From the NCBI GenBank assembly GCA_973851085.1, contig OZ316775.1, positions 9,238,001 through 9,302,000 on the forward strand: a stretch of 64,000 bases of DNA, given 5' to 3'. This DNA comes from Ptychomitrium polyphyllum (lineage: Eukaryota). How positions within the stretch are numbered: position 1 is the stretch's first letter; every line of letters starts with the position of its first letter. Of the stretch, positions 38,106 through 50,222 are shown piece after piece. A program made the translations under genes and the position numbers. The notes beneath the pieces are model-generated. The model saw only the letters and a program-made list of their open reading frames with translations, made no database searches and was not told the DNA's origin.

Positions 38106-40193
38106 TTATCTACCATTGCCAGTGCGCTTCCTGTCTTTCCTCCGCAAAAAGTCCGGGACTTTGCCAAGATCAGAACTTCTTTTAGGATTCTGTTCCCAGT
38201 AGAATATATCATCATCTACAGTTCGAACACTACTAACAACCTTATCATCTCCAGGCTCCCTAAACCCAGTCGCAATGACTGTCATACGTATCATCCCTTT
38301 GAAGCTTTCATCAATGACTGCCCCAAATATCACATTGGCGTTTGGATCAGCCATGTCGTGGACGATTTCAGCAGCAATGTTGACTTCGTGAAGAGTTAAA
38401 TCGCTTCCACCTGTAACGTTGTACACAATGCCCATGGGTCTCGAGATGGATCGGAGTAAGGGAGACATAATGGCTGAGCGTGCTACTTCCTCTGCACGGT
38501 TCTTCCCAAAGCCAGCACCAATTCCTAACATAGCACTCCCTGCATTTGACATGATGGCTTTCACATCCGCAAAGTCGACATTGACTAGCCCGGGTATTGT
38601 GATAATATCTGAGATTCCTTGCACTCCCTGTTGCTCCGAGAAAAAGCACAGTAAGTCATTCGAATTGGACACAAGCACAACGTTAATGTAGACAATGAAA
38701 CAAATAATGACACTGGCAACATCGCAGCTTGGGCGGATGTAAGCACCTCTAAGTTACTCATTCAAGAAAGTTCTTCTGCTGTTTAGATAATATACCTGGC
38801 GCAAGACGTCGTCTGCAAGGTGGAAAGCTTCCAGCATAGATGTATCAGGTGACACGGTCTGAAGCAAGCGATCATTTGGGACTACAACTACGGTGTCAGC
38901 CGCATGGCGCATATCCTCGATGGCTTTCCTAGCTTGCCGAGCCCGGGTGAAGCCTTCAAATGTGAAAGGTTCGGTTACTATGCCAATCGTTAACGCTCCC
39001 ATAGCCTTCGCCAACCGAGCGACCACTGGCGCTGATAATAACAACAGCTAATACATCAATCCACCGTCTTCAAAAGAGACCTCAAGAAATAAAGTCACCC
39101 TGTTATCACACACAATTTATTCTTCAACATCTTATCCTACAAAGTGAAACTAGCTACGCTCTCATGCATGTTCATCAGAAGAGACTGCCATTTGATCATT
39201 AAATATGACTACAGTAAACTGATTGCAAATCAAGCACTTGACCAACGCCTGATGAAATGACGAACTCAGAAAGAACACAAACCTGCCCCTGAACCGGTGC
39301 CACCGCCCATACCGGAGGCAATGAAGACCAAATCAGCACCTTCAAGTGCCATCGAAAGCTCGGCCAGAGACTCTGTCGCTGCTTCTTCGCCAGTTGCACT
39401 TTTCCCACCTGAATCTCGCCAATTACCATAACATCAGGTAATCAATAACTAACCAACAGCTCACATCAAATCGTGCTTACTACTGCACAAATTTCCATTC
39501 GCATACAAAAAGGTTTGAACCCATCTTAAGCCAAGCCATCAGTGAACTCTTTACTTTTCTAATCAATGATATGACAAGGAGTAAGGAACCCTAACCTGCA
39601 CCACGACCAGCGGTGGTCTCTTGCCCAATCTGAATCTTATTTGGAGCAAGCGACTTGTTCAAGGCTTGTTTATCTGTGTTGACGGCCCAAAATTCAACGT
39701 TCAGCAGCTCCGATCTCACCATTTCATCCACTGCATTGCATCCACCACCTCCAACGCCGAACACCTTGATCGAAGCGCAGCCAGACAAACTGCGTCTCAT
39801 GCTGCTCGCCGCAAACGAATCCTGTACGTCATTGTAGTCCTCCTCCACCTTACTGGCGAAAGAGTCCATCGCCGCTGAAAAAGCATAGGGATCAGCTCCT
39901 TCAGAGGGCAACGCATATCCATTTTCCTGGCTCGATGACCCATCGAAGTTCCCATTCAAGCTCCCATTTCCTCTGTTGTAAGCCGAGACGCGACTGTGTT
40001 CTCTAGCCCTCTCATCATCACCCCTACAAGTATGAAATGCCTGACATCGAATACTTTGCAAATGCAGCGGCCCCCGTAATCCAAAACGAGCTCCTCTTGC
40101 ACCTGAGCGACATCCCCAATTGCCTCTCAAGGGTAGATGAACCAAAGAAGGGCTCACAGGGCCAGAACCCACCACAGCCCTGCACGTGACCAT
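38106..40193 (-). CDS. FtsZ3: Plastid division protein FtsZ, FtsZ3 type; 4 coding exons
   Basis: Exons 40193-39596, 39408-39283, 39031-38796, 38627-38106. [64 protein letters not shown]. Transit peptide and C-tail (DDDIFYWEQ...[11 protein letters not shown]) match my recollection of moss FtsZ3. Confidence 0.93.
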
Positions 40194-40867
40194 GATAATG
40201 CTATCTGACTTGATTCATTCACAATCTTCCACACAATCTCACCTCCGATCCAAGCAACAGCTTCGCCAACTCCACCTCCACCATGGTCACACTCTCCCAA
40301 CCTTAAACCCTAATTCTCCGATTGATCAAAAAGCTGCGTTGTAACCTCCCAATAAGAGCCACTCCCTGACAATAGCCGCCAATCGCTACTCCAAGATGCC
40401 AGCACTAAACCCCAACATCAGAAAACCTTGGTAAAACCACCCCAGAACCTCCGACCATCTTCCGCTGAGCCGTGACTGCTAACGGCGCAATCCGCTGCAA
40501 TGCTTTCTCTCTGCAACCAAAGAAAGCAAACTCTTGTCAACGCCAACGAAAACCAAACAGTACCAAACAGAACCAAAGAAAACCAAAGGAGACTAGAGGC
40601 AAAAAGGCGAACACCAATCCAGCACACGCTTCCTGGACACAACCTACCCGGCAAATAAACCCCTAAACCTTGCACCAGCCGAGACGCAATTCAAATGTTG
40701 TACGAATCTAGGAGACATGGTCAAGCATGGGATCGTTGGACACCTCGTTAGATAACTTGCAGCTTGCAAGAGTGGGAAGACGGCGAGAGTGGAAGCTACA
40801 CTCCAGCAATGGCGCACGCAGACGAGCACCCTGTCTGCCGTGCTCGCCATCGCCGGCCGCTCCGTCC

Positions 40868-40913
40868 TCGCCACAGCTCGGCCACGGCCGTAGGGTCGGC
40901 CACGGCTGTAGGG
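40868..40913. repeat. GC-rich 18-bp tandem repeat TCGGCCACGGCYGTAGGG x2 (plus partial) upstream of FtsZ3
   Basis: Units at 40878-40895 and 40896-40913. Confidence 0.75.
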
Positions 40914-40999
40914 CCCTAAGGCGGCGGTAGCTCTCACCAAACTCACAAAATGCATTTGATACTCCATCCACGGTGTAGCACATCATATCAATGTGCAAT

Positions 41000-43030
41000 C
41001 AACAACATTGAATGATACAATACAATAAGAAATACATGGCCTTATTCAATAGCATGTAAATAAAGGCTCTTTCTTTAATTAGATTATCTCTTTCTAAAAT
41101 ATATCAAAGTTACAAAAGTGAGAGCAATATAATTATTCATCTTATACCAATTAAAAGTCATATAGTCTTTTTAATAAAAATAACATAAAAATTTCTTTAA
41201 AATAAAAGAAAGAATTTTTTTTTAATGTCTATTGTCATTTATTAGATATTCGTATGAATCAAAAGATTTTTTTTAATAGTAGATGAATTTTATCCATAAT
41301 TTTGATAGATAGGGTTGCATCAACCTTGGAGACCTAATATCATATTTATCTTTAATTTACGCATTTACTTATTTATGTAGTTAGATTCATCACTTCTTTA
41401 TAAATGATATTGTTTAAACATTTAAATACAAGGAGGCATCAAAAATAATTGGATAAAATTGAATGTTTACAAATAATCTAAAAATTTAATAAAAAGAATA
41501 ATTTTTTATGATTATTGAAACTGGCACATGTAATATACTAATTAATGGCACATACAATATTCTTGAAGCAAGATTTAATTAAAATAATTCTAAATTTTGA
41601 AATTAGACAAATATTATTACGGATATAGATCATACAACATAGTCTTTAGAACCTTTTAGTATATTATAATAGTTTTTTAGAATACTTTCAATGTTTCTAT
41701 AGCCGTTTCTACGTCCTTAGAAATTTCCTAAGAAGGTTCCATCACTTCAAGAAACTTCTTAAGAAAGTTCCATCTCTTTTGTAAACTTGTTAAGAAGGTT
41801 TCATTACCTTAGGAAACTTCCAAGGACAATTTTGTAGACTATTAGAACATTCTTAAGCCTTGTAAGAAGCTTATTTAGAAGTATCTTTAGAAATACAAGC
41901 ATTATAGTATAAATAGGAGGCAAGACAAGATATTCTTTAGTCTTGCTACCAAGAGAAGCTTCTTATTTCTTGTATTCCTAACAAATATAATCTTATATCT
42001 TTATATAATATTTTATTTATGATAATATTTACAAAACAGTGATATAATACTTTAATAATGTATGATATTTAAACCTTATTTAATATTCAAACATCATTTA
42101 ATAAAATTATAAATGAAATACAAAAGGATATAGTTTAATAAAATCTTTATCAAAGTTTTTAATCATTAGCAAATTGCCAATCCTAATGATAAGATAAAAT
42201 TATAGATATTTTATATATATTATTTTTTTATTATTAACAAACAAATAATAAAGTTGATTGCATATTTTTACAAAAAAGTCTTAAGCAAGAAATTGATGTG
42301 TTACCTCAATATTGCTTAAGCATCCAAATTTAAAATGACTAACAAGCAAAGAAGCACCTTATCAATATTGGATAACCTTTTCATCCATTGTATTTTTCTT
42401 TGATTCTAAAATTTACCAACTAATATTTGAATTGTTAAGGTTTTAAAATATTTTCTAGGACTATTTGAGGAGAAATAAATTGAAAGCACATTTCATCTAT
42501 AATTGTGACATTCATATCTAAAATTTGATTAAAAAATAAATAAAACCTTGAGTTCTAATCATTCAAGATCTTCAACATTGTCTAATGTTAAGAATTTTAC
42601 ATTGAAAGAATATTGAATGAAATACTATCAATGAGCTGTTTACATATTAAAAAATGATGTAAAAAAGTTAATGGCAACAAAGGGGAATCCAGCCATAAAG
42701 ATGTAAGGTGTAAATTATAAGTTACAAAATTTAAAATTGGGATTAAGAGGGATTAACACACTTTGAAGTTGAGATTATAACTCATCTTTTCATGGTTAAA
42801 TTAAAAAAAGCAAAAACAGAAGACCCACCATCAATGTTGCTCTTCAAATGGAAGGTACATGAACATAACTGTTGGCAATTGTTGCTTCCACCTTCTTATT
42901 CTAACGTATGAATTTTCTTTTAGAATAAGTAAATTCATAAGAACTGCACAGTTTTGTTAAATGGACTAAGCAAAATCTTGGGGGAAATGAAAGAGTACAT
43001 CTTACTTTAAGAAAATTAGTGACAGACTGA
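41000..43030. mobile_element. AT-rich decayed element, probably a Copia-like LTR with adjacent degenerate internal sequence
   Basis: 31-bp tandem units at 41721-41813; TATAAATAGGAGG at 41908-41920; possible LTR end ...ACAAAACA near 42038. No intact ORF. Confidence 0.4.
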
Positions 43031-44105
43031 AGACGACTACACCTGCAGGCGCTTATGTTCCAAGGCTCCCCTCTCTCCTAGTCTCAAACACCACATGCTC
43101 ATGGATTGACAACCAAACCCGATCCCAACTATACAAATGGAATCCGAAAACTTTAAAAAATCGCATTGGACTAAGGCCAATGGTGACCAGATTAGCCAGA
43201 AGGCTAATGGTAATCCATTCTGCGGTTGGGTCAATCAGAATACCGATAGGACCACGTAGTCAGCAGATCATCTCGAGGTACATTCAACAGAGAAGCTTGG
43301 CCAAGTCGACCCACAAGTCCAACGCAGTACTGCTGCACAACTTATCAAATTAGGTGCCAATTGCATCTCAGGATTTTGCATAGAAACCGCAAAGTGGGCA
43401 CACATTTGCATCACCGGCAACAAATAGTATGATGAAGTCAGCTCCACAGCTGTAGTAGGAACAGAATCAACGTGTTCCGCCTACCTTCCTGTAACCCAGA
43501 ACACGGAAATCAAACGCTGTTAAAAGTGTGAGTACCATGTTGAGTCATGTAAACAGGCAACCTGAATCTCACTTGCACCAATGTAGCAACACCAGGCATG
43601 CGTTTACTAATGCTGGCATTTGATAAACTGACTCATAGTAGACGCCACCTGAACTGAGAACATTACCATGTGTGCTGCAAACGGTTCTAGACTTGCACCG
43701 ACATTCAACGACCAGAGAATACATGCATCGTAATCTCAAAAGAAGGGTCCCCATACGCGACCTCTTCTCCTCAATTTACATGGTCCGACAAGCGTGTGTA
43801 ATAAACACTTCGCTAAAACAACTCTGAATGAATATAAGATACAAATGCCGAATGTCCTACGAAGTATGCCCTACTAAGCTATTTGAGGGACACTCTGAAA
43901 AAGTGCACTACACCAAATCACCAGGACATAATTTACCGTTTCCTGGAGCACATGCTGTGATCACTTGGTGTCCATTGTAAAAGTCCGATAGGGACATAGG
44001 AGAGAAGGGAGGGAGTCAGCTACTGCCAGCCCTTGAGAGACTCGTTCACCAACTAAAGAGTAGCAGACGAAGATAAGACGTACTTAAACAACTACTCAAC
44101 CCTAA

Positions 44106-45680
44106 TCAAGCATCATCATTGTTGGTAACTCTCCTCGACCTTGGAGAAAACTTCCCGAACCTTCTCGCAACCTCTCCACTTGACAGAGTATCCCAAACAT
44201 GTAAATTTCCCTTAGATCCACCAACAGCGAGCAAGAACGGAGCATCCTTGCAAAAACTTGCTGCAAAGACAGCACCGACCTTGGGATTCGTGGAAGCAAT
44301 GCAGGATGGTTGATTCCCTGTTAAGTCCCATAGTTTCACCATTTTATCAGTAGATGCTGTAGCCAGAAAGTTGGGCGCGGCAGTATTATATGCCAAACTA
44401 CACACCGCTTTCTCATGTGCATGGATTGTGAACAAAGCTTTCCCTTGAAGAGGATCAACTGTCCCTGAGCGAACATCATACCCTCCAATAGTTCCGTCTT
44501 CTAAACTTACTAGAAATGTGTGCGACGTGTGCGGGTCCCAGGCAAGAGACTCCACATCGGCAGAGACAGACCACCGGATGGCAGGGGCTTGAGGAGCTCT
44601 CATGTCCGTCAGGCCCACCGTTCGATCGAAGGATCCGCTGAGAAGGACAGTAGGTTCCTTCAAGTTCCAAACTACCGCTTGGACTTTGTCAGTATGAATG
44701 TTCATGGTATGCTCGCACGCCCCTTTTACAATATCCCAGATTTTGACCGACTTATCTGCACTTGCACTAGCAATCACGTTCCGAAATTCAGAATTCCATG
44801 AAAGACCTAAAACTGCATCAGTATGACTACCCTCCTTGTACTTCACCTCCTTGGCTTTCGCCTTCGACTTCTTTTTCGACTTCTTCTTCTTCTCCGAAGC
44901 CTCTTCCCCCGCTGCAGGCTGCAGCGCTCTCCCTAATACACTCACAGGCTCGACCGAGTCCACCACATCCAAGTCCCAAATTTCAATCTCCGGCTGCATC
45001 GTCCCCACTGCAACGTAACTCCCCTTCCCTTCGCCCGTAGGGTTACAATCCAACCATGAAAGACATAAAGGAAAAGCCGGCAACATGATGTCATGATGAA
45101 CATACATATTACTCTCTTCAGGATCCTCACTAACCGTCTCCTCAGTCTCATACACCCAAACCTCAAGATGGCTCACGTCGTCTTCATTCCGAGCTGTCAA
45201 AACGATCAAATCCGAATCCTTGATAGTCATATCCTCAATTTCCTCCTCATCGTCATCATCCTTATCAACAAGATAAGGGTCATCCTCATTACTAGGGTAG
45301 TACGCTGCCCCCAACCCGCCATTACCAAAAATCTCAACTCGTTCTTCATCTTCCTCATCGTAATGATCCATGTCAAGCTCTGCCAACCCATCCGCCAGAG
45401 TCTCCTCGTACGATTTCTGCCCCTTATTAGACTGCGACACCGTCGCTCCAAGTGCCGTAGCAGCCGCTAGAGCTGTAGCGACAGCACTAGGCTCAGTCTC
45501 CTCCATCTCCTCCGCATCCAGCTGCTCGTCGTCTTCCTCTCCCTCCCCCTCGCTCCCCACGGCGACATTCTCCTCGTGCTGCAGCAGAAGCTCTCGAATC
45601 TCCTCCTCCGTGGGCGGTTCTGCCACAATCGGCACGTTCTTGGCTGCCCCCTTGGGCACCCAGCACACAGCTGCAATCAT
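44106..45680 (-). CDS. PWP1: Periodic tryptophan protein 1 (WD40, ribosome biogenesis), intronless CDS
   Basis: 524-aa ORF: MIAAVCWVPKGAA, LAELDMDHYDEE, YYPSNEDDPYL, EDDVSHLEVWVY, NMYVHHDIMLPAFPLCLSWLD, AVGTMQPEIEIWDLD, SHTDAVLGLSWN and further WD repeats. Confidence 0.96.
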   Translation of the reverse strand: MIAAVCWVPKGAAKNVPIVAEPPTEEEIRELLLQHEENVAVGSEGEGEEDDEQLDAEEMEETEPSAVATALAAATALGATVSQSNKGQKSYEETLADGLAELDMDHYDEEDEERVEIFGNGGLGAAYYPSNEDDPYLVDKDDDDEEEIEDMTIKDSDLIVLTARNEDDVSHLEVWVYETEETVSEDPEESNMYVHHDIMLPAFPLCLSWLDCNPTGEGKGSYVAVGTMQPEIEIWDLDVVDSVEPVSVLGRALQPAAGEEASEKKKKSKKKSKAKAKEVKYKEGSHTDAVLGLSWNSEFRNVIASASADKSVKIWDIVKGACEHTMNIHTDKVQAVVWNLKEPTVLLSGSFDRTVGLTDMRAPQAPAIRWSVSADVESLAWDPHTSHTFLVSLEDGTIGGYDVRSGTVDPLQGKALFTIHAHEKAVCSLAYNTAAPNFLATASTDKMVKLWDLTGNQPSCIASTNPKVGAVFAASFCKDAPFLLAVGGSKGNLHVWDTLSSGEVARRFGKFSPRSRRVTNNDDA

Positions 45681-46837
45681 GGTGCCACAAAGAAACGGGC
45701 TCCCAGAAACCTAACCTCGAAATAAAAAGCTTAACTGAATGCAAAGCCTGGAAGGAGTTCACAGGCTGCTGAAACTGTGAAAAGAGAAGTAACCTTCCTC
45801 GAGGGTTTAGAAGGCACCAAGCGCTCAATGTGCTAGGATTTAAGGATTTAGGTTTTCCCACAATTCCAACTTCTGCGTTGCCCTGCCTACCTCGTACTTT
45901 CACATCCGTCTTCCGTCCCACACTCATCCAGCGTCCCATCCGCTGTCTGTTGTCGCTCTGTCCTTTCACGGCCTCTTTTCACCTTCTTCCGTCGCCCACT
46001 GAAGAGGAGATTTCCTTAGAGGGTTTCACCTCCTTATATGATGGTTGCTAATTGCCCCTTCTTTCAATTATAAGCTAAATACCCTATTTCATCCTTGATT
46101 TACAATCTTCAAACCACAACTCCCAAATAACATAATACCTTTAGGATTGAATCATATAATAAGTACTTTAAAACTGAACACTACGTTTAAATTACTTTTT
46201 CCTCCCGTTCGTTTTTCTATCAAACCTTCTAAAGCCGAATTACTCCAAAATTGCTTATAGAAGAGACATTGTACAAAACCCTCCCGATTCTCTCATCATA
46301 AGTGCTTTTATTCTTTAAAAGTAATTTTCCCAAATCTGGATAAAACAATCCCTCGCCTGGACAAAACTCAGAAAAAATCAAAATTACAGATGAACGATCA
46401 CTCGTCACCAACGCGCCTACAGCTTAAACATGCAAACAAGGAACACTGTCCAAATGAGCGCCCTCCACCCCACTCGCAGCCCTACCACCGCGACTCCCCC
46501 TACAAGCACACGCCCAACGCCGCACCCTCACCCGCCCGCCATGTGGGGCCCACCACGACGAGGCCCTACTCTCATCGGTCGCCGCCCCGCGGTCGCAGAG
46601 GGTGGCAACCACCCGGGAGCGCAGAGAGGCCACCAGTCGCCTCGTCAAAGTCGCCCTCTCGGCTTCTGTGCTTTGCTTCCTTGCGGATCCGCCACTGCCA
46701 GAGTATACACACGCGCGCTCGCACGCACGCTCACACATAGAGAGGGAGAGGAAGGGAGCGAGCGACTGAGAGAGAGAGAGTGAGAGAGCAGAGTGCATTA
46801 GTTTGGTTGCAGGAGGCGGTGGACGTGCTTCCTCGCA
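45681..46837. promoter_or_regulatory. Divergent promoter region PWP1/KAS I with (GA)n microsatellite
   Basis: Head-to-head genes. Telo-box-like AGGGTTTAG near 45802 on the PWP1 side; GC-rich 46450-46740 including GGGCCCA; (GA)n at 46739-46790. Confidence 0.5.
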
Positions 46838-49800
46838 ATGGCTATGGCGGCGTCGCTCCCGCACTACCACGGCCTGCGCTGCACCGCTCTGCAGCCGCAG
46901 TGCTACTCGCGTGCTGTGTCTCGTAAGTTTGGGCTATCTCTTGTTGCTTTATTGGTTGCATTCGTTCTTGGCGTTCTTTAGGAGTACTAGCTTGGTCAAT
47001 GCGGTTCTGCTGTGGTTGCTGGATTGATGATCGTGTTTTGTCAAGTTCAGTTGTTTGTTGAAGTTGTGGTGGTCGGAGTAGTGATTGGGGCAGGGTGGTT
47101 GGCTTGAGGTTTCTGGATTGGTTGGATTGTGGGTGTAGTTGATTGGAGTGAGCGTGTGTGGGTGCAATGTGGTTTTGGGGTGTTTGGGGGTGTACTCGGT
47201 AGGTGGGTGCGGATGTTTTGATGTTAGGGGATTGAGTTGACGATTGTTTCGGTTTCGGCATGTGGATTTATGGGATGTTGAGTTTGGATTGGTTGGAGAG
47301 GTTGAGGTTGTGGGCGAGTAGTGGGAGGGGGGCGGGGTTTAGGGGATTGCTGTTTACGAGTAGAAGGATGGAGCTGAAGCGGGTTTTTAGTTTCTCTGTA
47401 TGTGTGTTGCAGCGAATGGCAAGGCAGGGGCTTCCCGAGTGCGGTGCGCGGCGCAAGTTGCGAGCGCGCCCAAGAGAGAGACGGACCCGAAGAAGAGGGT
47501 GGTGATCACGGGAATGGGGCTTGTGTCGGTCTTCGGAAACGACGTCAATACTTTCTACGATAAGCTTCTGGAAGGGACCAGTGGGATTGATATCATCGAT
47601 AGGTTTGATATCTCGAAGTTCCCCACAAAATTCGCCGGACAGATTCGGGGGTTCAGTGCAGACGGGTATATTGACGGGAAGAACGATCGCCGTCTAGACG
47701 ACAGTCTTCGGTACTGCCTGGTCAGTGGCAAGAAAGCGCTTGAAGACGCTGGGCTCGGTGGAGATGATCTCAACCAGGTTAAGTTCCGAATCTGCATAAC
47801 AATATGATGGAATTCAAAACTCAGTATTGAATACGTTACTCTGTGCTTGAAGTTAATCTTTTGGATTCCTGTCAAGAATTTAGCGTTTTGATATTTTTTG
47901 CGCAGCATTCTATAGAAAGGTTTACGAAGCTTTGTAGAACTGGAGGTTGAATTTAAATCGACATGACACTCATTTTCTGTGGCAGGAGCAAGTTGAACTT
48001 AACGTGTGTTCTTGTAATGCAGGTCGATAAGCAAAAGGTTGGAGTGCTTGTTGGAACTGGCATGGGTGGGCTCACTGTATTCTCTGATGGAGTTCAAGCT
48101 TTGGTGGAAAAGGGTCACAAAAGGATCACACCGTTTTTTATCCCGTACGCCATTACTAACATGGGTTCTGCCCTTCTTGCTATCGACCTTGGGTTGATGG
48201 GTCCCAACTACTCAATCTCAACTGCTTGTGCCACTTCCAATTACTGCTTCTACGCCGCTGCCAACCACATTCGGAGGGGAGAGGCTGATATAATGGTCGC
48301 TGGCGGTACAGAGGCAGCCGTTCTTCCGATTGGGTTGGGCGGTTTCGTGGCTTGCAGGGCTTTGTCGACGAGAAACGACAGCCCACAAACTGCGTCCAGG
48401 CCTTGGGACAAGGAACGTGAGGGGTTCGTGATGGGCGAGGGTGCAGGCGTGTTGGTATGCGCCATGCCCTTACTTAGCGGTCGGTTGAAATGACAGCGAC
48501 AGGTTTTTAAAATGTCGCAATGTTTGCATTAGCTTCTATGGAGCGATCGATCAATGTTGTGCCAGAATGATAATCTGATTAAGGTTGGTTCCCCTCTGAA
48601 GGTTATGGAGAGTTTGGAGCATGCGTTGAAGCGAGGAGCACCAATCGTGGCGGAATATCTGGGGGGTGCGGTGACGTGCGATGCATACCACATGACAGAT
48701 CCCCGAGCCGATGGGTTGGGTGTTTCTACGTGTATTGAGAAAAGTTTGATAGATGCCGGTGTTGCCACTGAGGAGGTATCAATCTGCTTACTTTGTAGTG
48801 ATGAATGTGGGACAGGCTCCTCAACTTGAAGGCAATTGCTTACAGGGCTAGATGGCCATACATGGTGCACTTGCATGAAATGTGTGTAGCTGCAACTAAC
48901 TTGTTCACGAAGTTGTGCTCTGGTAGGCTAGAGTTATTGAATGATATCTTAAAGGCATCTGAACCTACTTGATTTGTGGACATAGCCTGTTGGTATCGCT
49001 CCGGTTGAATGTGGATGGTGAACTGGCAGGTCAACTATATCAACGCACATGCTACTTCGACAATCGTGGGCGATTTAGCTGAAGTGAACGCACTCAAGAA
49101 GGTCTTCAAGGACACCTCAGAGATGAAAATGAATGCAACCAAGGTATTTGTGCTTTCTAATCTTCTGACGCGTATTTTCCTGGTTCTACAATGGGGTTGT
49201 CGCGGTTTTGATTTTTCAAGCAGTAATAATGCGGAGTTTCTAGAGGAGTTCAGATTTGCAGTCCTGGTTTGTAGAGCTTGATTGCAAAGATCGAGTGCTT
49301 GCCGCATGTCCGAGTTAATGTCTTCAGTCTTTAATGCAATTTGGGTGACTTGCTTAAATGTCTCAGAGTATGATTGGGCACTGCCTTGGAGCTGCTGGAG
49401 GTTTGGAAGCGATTGCTACCATCAAGGCTATTCAAACTGGATGGTTGCACCCATCGATTAATCAGTTTGTAAGTGCAGCTCCTGCAGGACGATTTCTAAC
49501 TTCTGTAGAAACGTGCTGTTTGTTCTACCATGTCTGTAAACAAACGACTGGCTAATATCAGATCTGCTGAGCACTTTTTGTCTACAAACTGGAACTTGTT
49601 TATCAAGGGACGGTCATTACTGTGGTGTGCTCTTGAAAGCTTGAGGCAAGTGTGCCATTTTAGTGAATGCTAGTTCGGGTATAATGTATTACGTAGTTTC
49701 AATGGGCTCCTTGTCTTTATGGAAACTAAGAAGGCTTTGATTGGTCTCGGCTGTTACAGAACCCCGAGGAGGCGGTGACGTTTGACACAGTGCCAAATGT

Positions 49801-50222
49801 CAAGAAGCAGCACGAAGTAAATGTTGGTGAGTGTACACCTCTGATTGCCGTGTGTTCCTCTACTTCCGATTGGCATTGCGGTTTACGATGGTTGAGTTTC
49901 TGTTTGGACGAGCATACACGATGGTCTTCGTAGATTCTTGCTGTTTCATGAAGATCATGAAGCCTGTTGTTGACAAATTGCACTGAGGAGAGTCTGTATT
50001 GTGTTTTAGAAACGGGTCCTTGCTTCCCACGTAGGATGTTCAGAGTTGCCCTTTCTGCAAGTCTGACGATGACTTGCCACAACCAACTGATACCCATATC
50101 ACTCTCTGCCTTTACACTTCACTTCTAACCCTTCATACTATTGTTATGTACCAGCTATTTCAAACTCGTTTGGCTTTGGTGGGCACAACTCCTGTGTCGT
50201 CTTTGCTCCTTACAGAGCTTGA
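46838..50222 (+). CDS. KASI: 3-oxoacyl-[ACP] synthase I, plastidial (FabB/F type), multi-exon
   Basis: Transit-peptide exon 46838-46922. Then [53 protein letters not shown] (catalytic Cys), [42 protein letters not shown]. Stop TGA at 50220-50222. Confidence 0.97.

Noticed and set aside
41721..41825. CRISPR-like periodic repeats
   Set aside because: Contiguous degenerate tandem units with no unique spacers; eukaryotic context, no cas genes.
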